A stretch of 64,000 nt of DNA from Squalus acanthias (lineage: Eukaryota). Positions within the stretch are counted from its first letter, which is position 1. Each line of letters starts with the position of its first letter. The notes under the pieces were generated by a model, which was not told the DNA's origin, searched no databases, and saw only the letters and a list, made by a program, of their open reading frames with translations. Below, in pieces: positions 61,112 to 64,000 of the stretch. The stretch is taken from contig CM059431.1 in the NCBI GenBank assembly GCA_030390025.1, positions 125,366,001 to 125,430,000 on the forward strand, given 5' to 3'. The position numbers were made by a program, and so were the translations under genes.

Positions 61112-61848
61112 TTATTAATTCATTCATGGGATGTGGGCAATGCTGGCAAAGCAGCATTTATTGCCAATCCCTAGTTGCCCTTGAGAAGGTGGTGGTGAGC
61201 CGCATTCTTGACCCACTGCAGTCCGTGTGGTGAAGGTACTCCCACAGTGCTGTTCGGGAGGGTGCTCCAGGATCTTGACCCAGTGACGATGAAGGAACGG
61301 CGATATATTTCCAAGTCAGAATTATGTGTGACTTGGAGGGAAACTTGGAGGTGGTGGTGTTCCCAGGCACCAGCTGCCATTGCCCTGCTAGGTGGTAGAG
61401 GTCGTGGGTTTGGGAGGTGCTGCTGAAGAAGCCTTGGCGAGTTGCTGCAGTGCAACTTGTAGATGGTACACACTGCAGCCATGGTACGCCAGTGGTGGAG
61501 GGAGTGAATGTTTAAGGTGGTGGATGGGGTGCCAATCAAGCAGGCTGCTTTGTCCTGGATGGTGTTGAGCTTCTTGAGTGTTGTTGGAGCTGCACTCCTC
61601 CAGGCAAGTGGGGAGTATTCCATCACACTCCTTACTTGTGCTTTATAGATGGTGGAAAGGCTTTGTGAAGTCAGGAGGTAAATCACTCGCCGCAGAATAC
61701 CCAGTCTCTGTCTTGTTCTTGTTGCACTGTATTTATGTGGCTGGTGCAGTTAAGTTTCTGGTCAATGGTGACCCACCAAGGATGTTGATGGTTTGGAATT
61801 CGGCAATGATAATGCCGTTGAATGTCAAGGGTCGATGGTTAGAATCTC
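61112..61848 (-). mobile_element. CR1-group LINE 3' end, family of 21115-23830
   Basis: TIYKAQVRSVMEYSPLAW...IQDKAACLI and the same 3' UTR. Confidence 0.88.
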
Positions 61849-61849
61849 T

Positions 61850-63511
61850 GGGGGAAAAATTGGTGATCACCAATAAAGCAGTCAGTGTCACTGCCAACTG
61901 CGATGAATGGCCGCCCGAAATTGCCGCAGCGCTAACTGACCTATATTGGTGTGGGGGGCATGGAGGTCGGTGGTGCAGCACTAACTTTAGGTGGAACGCC
62001 GTCCTGGTGGCGTTGCACGAGGGATCTGGGACCAATTTGTAATCCTGGTGCGGCGGTGCTGCTTCCCCGAGCATCTGTGTGTGAGGCTGTGAAGCTCGCA
62101 ATGCATTGTCGACAGTGAGGCACACTGAAATTTAAAGGGACCATGCACATTGAAGCAAGACAAAATAAAATGCACTGATTCAATACATTTTTCAGCCCTT
62201 TCTGTCTTTTTACAAATATTCAATATTTAAAAGAAGTTCCAAATGTGATTATTCATCTCTTAAAGCTGAATTACCTTCCTAAACTAAACAAATTGGAAGA
62301 CTGCCTCAGCACTAACAAGAATGGCTCAGCAAGCCAGGGAAGAGGCACCCAGGGTCTCGCACGCAGCACTCCAGCTTTGTGCAGGGTGTCAACACTGCAA
62401 GACTGGCCCTCTACCCACAGGGGCTGGGAGGCCCTCCAGAAAAAACAATGTGGGAGTACATCACCGAGGCCATCACTGCCAGCAGTGTCACCCCCACCAC
62501 CTGGCTCCAATCCCCATAGAAGCTTCATGACCTCAGACCACTGGTCAAGGTTAGTGAATGCATCTTCAAAAGCTGTCACCTACCAACTACACCACGAGCC
62601 TCACACACTGCTCAATGCAGGACGCCCAATCACTCACCTACCAACAATCTGCACCAATGACGAGACACATCTACCATTCATAGCATCACCTCACCCCCTT
62701 GGAGGAAACGGTGCAGGCCATTCTTGGCAGGTGCATGGCTGAGCCCTTGGCCAACGGCAGGGCTGAAAGGATACAAGATGCGGGTATCCTTGTCGTTATC
62801 TGGCATGTACCATAGTTTTCCTGCCTTCCCATCAGCACAACTCTACCCTTGTGCCTTCCTCATTTCACATACCCAAGAAATGCAGCCTGCCCAGCCAGTG
62901 GGTCAACAAGAAGAGGTCACCTGCCCAGCCAGTGAGGCCGCAGGCGGATGATTCATTCCCGGATATCCCGGCCACGAAGGGGCTGTCTAGGATGCATCCT
63001 TCTGTTTGATTCCTCCTCTTCTGCGTCTTGCTCTTCTGCGTCTTCCTCTTCCCTCTGCAAGCAGATTCTGTAAATGTGAAATGACAGCATAAGATGCTGC
63101 AAATACTCAGTTGGTCAGGCAGCAAGTCAACCTGACACGTGAACTCCATGGAGGTAGCGTGACCTGCTGAGTATTCACAGCATGTTCTGTCTTCTCAAAG
63201 GCATTCACTTACCACCCAAGCCCTTGCAAGCATCCAGCAGCACTCCCAAAACACTTAGAAAAACTTTTCACAAATATTGCAGCAAGCCACCACTTCAATA
63301 AAATCCAAAAAACCAAGTCCAAACCCTTCCACTCAAACTTACCTGATTGACGTGTGTGTCCCTTTAACAGCTGCAGCTATCATCTCTCAGCGTCTGTCAA
63401 CCTGCTTAGGACCCAGCGCTGAATTGAGCGCTAGGATCGAAGTTCGTGTAGGTGACGTTAAGTTGGCGTTGCACGCCGACTGTCGTTAACAAGCTGCCAT
63501 TTTTTTTTACA
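61850..63511. mobile_element. Degenerate, deleted Harbinger element
   Basis: Terminus gggggaaaaattgg and a Myb-like start MAQQAREEAPRVSHAALQ at 62321. Cut by the RTE at the right. Confidence 0.65.
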
Positions 63512-64000
63512 GCGCACTGCCGGTTACCACCCTTCAAAATAAAGTTCGGGACTTGGAACGTCAGGACCCTCATGGACAACCCCAACAGGGACAGACCGGA
63601 ACGCCATACTGCTATTGTTGCCCTGGATCTCAGACGTTTTGACATAGACATCGCCGCCCTAAGTGAGACCCGGCGGGCAGGGAAGTCCAGCTCAAGGTGC
63701 AAGGCAATGGTTACACCTTCTTCTGGAAAGGCAAGCCTGAAAAAGAACGCCTCCTCCATGGGGTAGGCTTCGCCTTAAAAAATGAGCTAGTTGGACATTG
63801 CAGAGATTCCCCGTGCGGAATAAACAAACGCCTCATGACTCTTCAGCTCACCCTAGCCCGGAACCAGTGCGCTACGGTCATCAGTGCGTACGCCCCAACA
63901 CTGGAAGCTACAGACGAGACCAAAGAGGGATTCTACTCCAACCTCGAACAATCCCTGTCCCGAGTCCCAACGGGCGATAAGCTGATCCTCCTTGGCGACT
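63512..64000 (+). mobile_element. RTE LINE 5' portion (APE endonuclease), running off the window
   Basis: KFGTWNVRTL...DIDIAALSETR, ISAYAPT and LILLGD. Confidence 0.92.

Noticed and set aside
1..64000. CRISPR array, operon or prokaryotic defence system
   Set aside because: No regularly spaced repeat-spacer array or dense gene packing. The content is vertebrate-type repeats and spliced relics.

Overview
This is repeat-dense eukaryotic DNA, most likely from a cartilaginous fish (shark-like). That assignment is inferred from the mix of CR1, L2 and RTE LINEs, a Deu-domain SINE, a Penelope element and two-ORF PIF/Harbinger transposons. Most of the window is nested transposable-element debris: about 8 Harbinger coding relics, many GGGC/GGGG-ended MITEs, several LINE families, two independent ~1.64-kb solo LTRs of one family, and a Penelope fragment carrying a minimal hammerhead ribozyme. 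In the non-repeat gaps on the minus strand I read about 14 exon-like segments between ~50.2 kb and ~0.26 kb, many with canonical splice sites. Their translations follow, in order, the dynein heavy-chain motor: AAA4, stalk/MTBD, AAA5, AAA6, lid and C-terminal domain. They are highly divergent and broken by stops, frameshifts and TE insertions, so this is probably a unitary pseudogene of an unusually divergent dynein heavy chain. No intact host gene, rRNA, true tRNA or CRISPR array was seen. All protein matches are by eye against remembered family motifs, not database searches.
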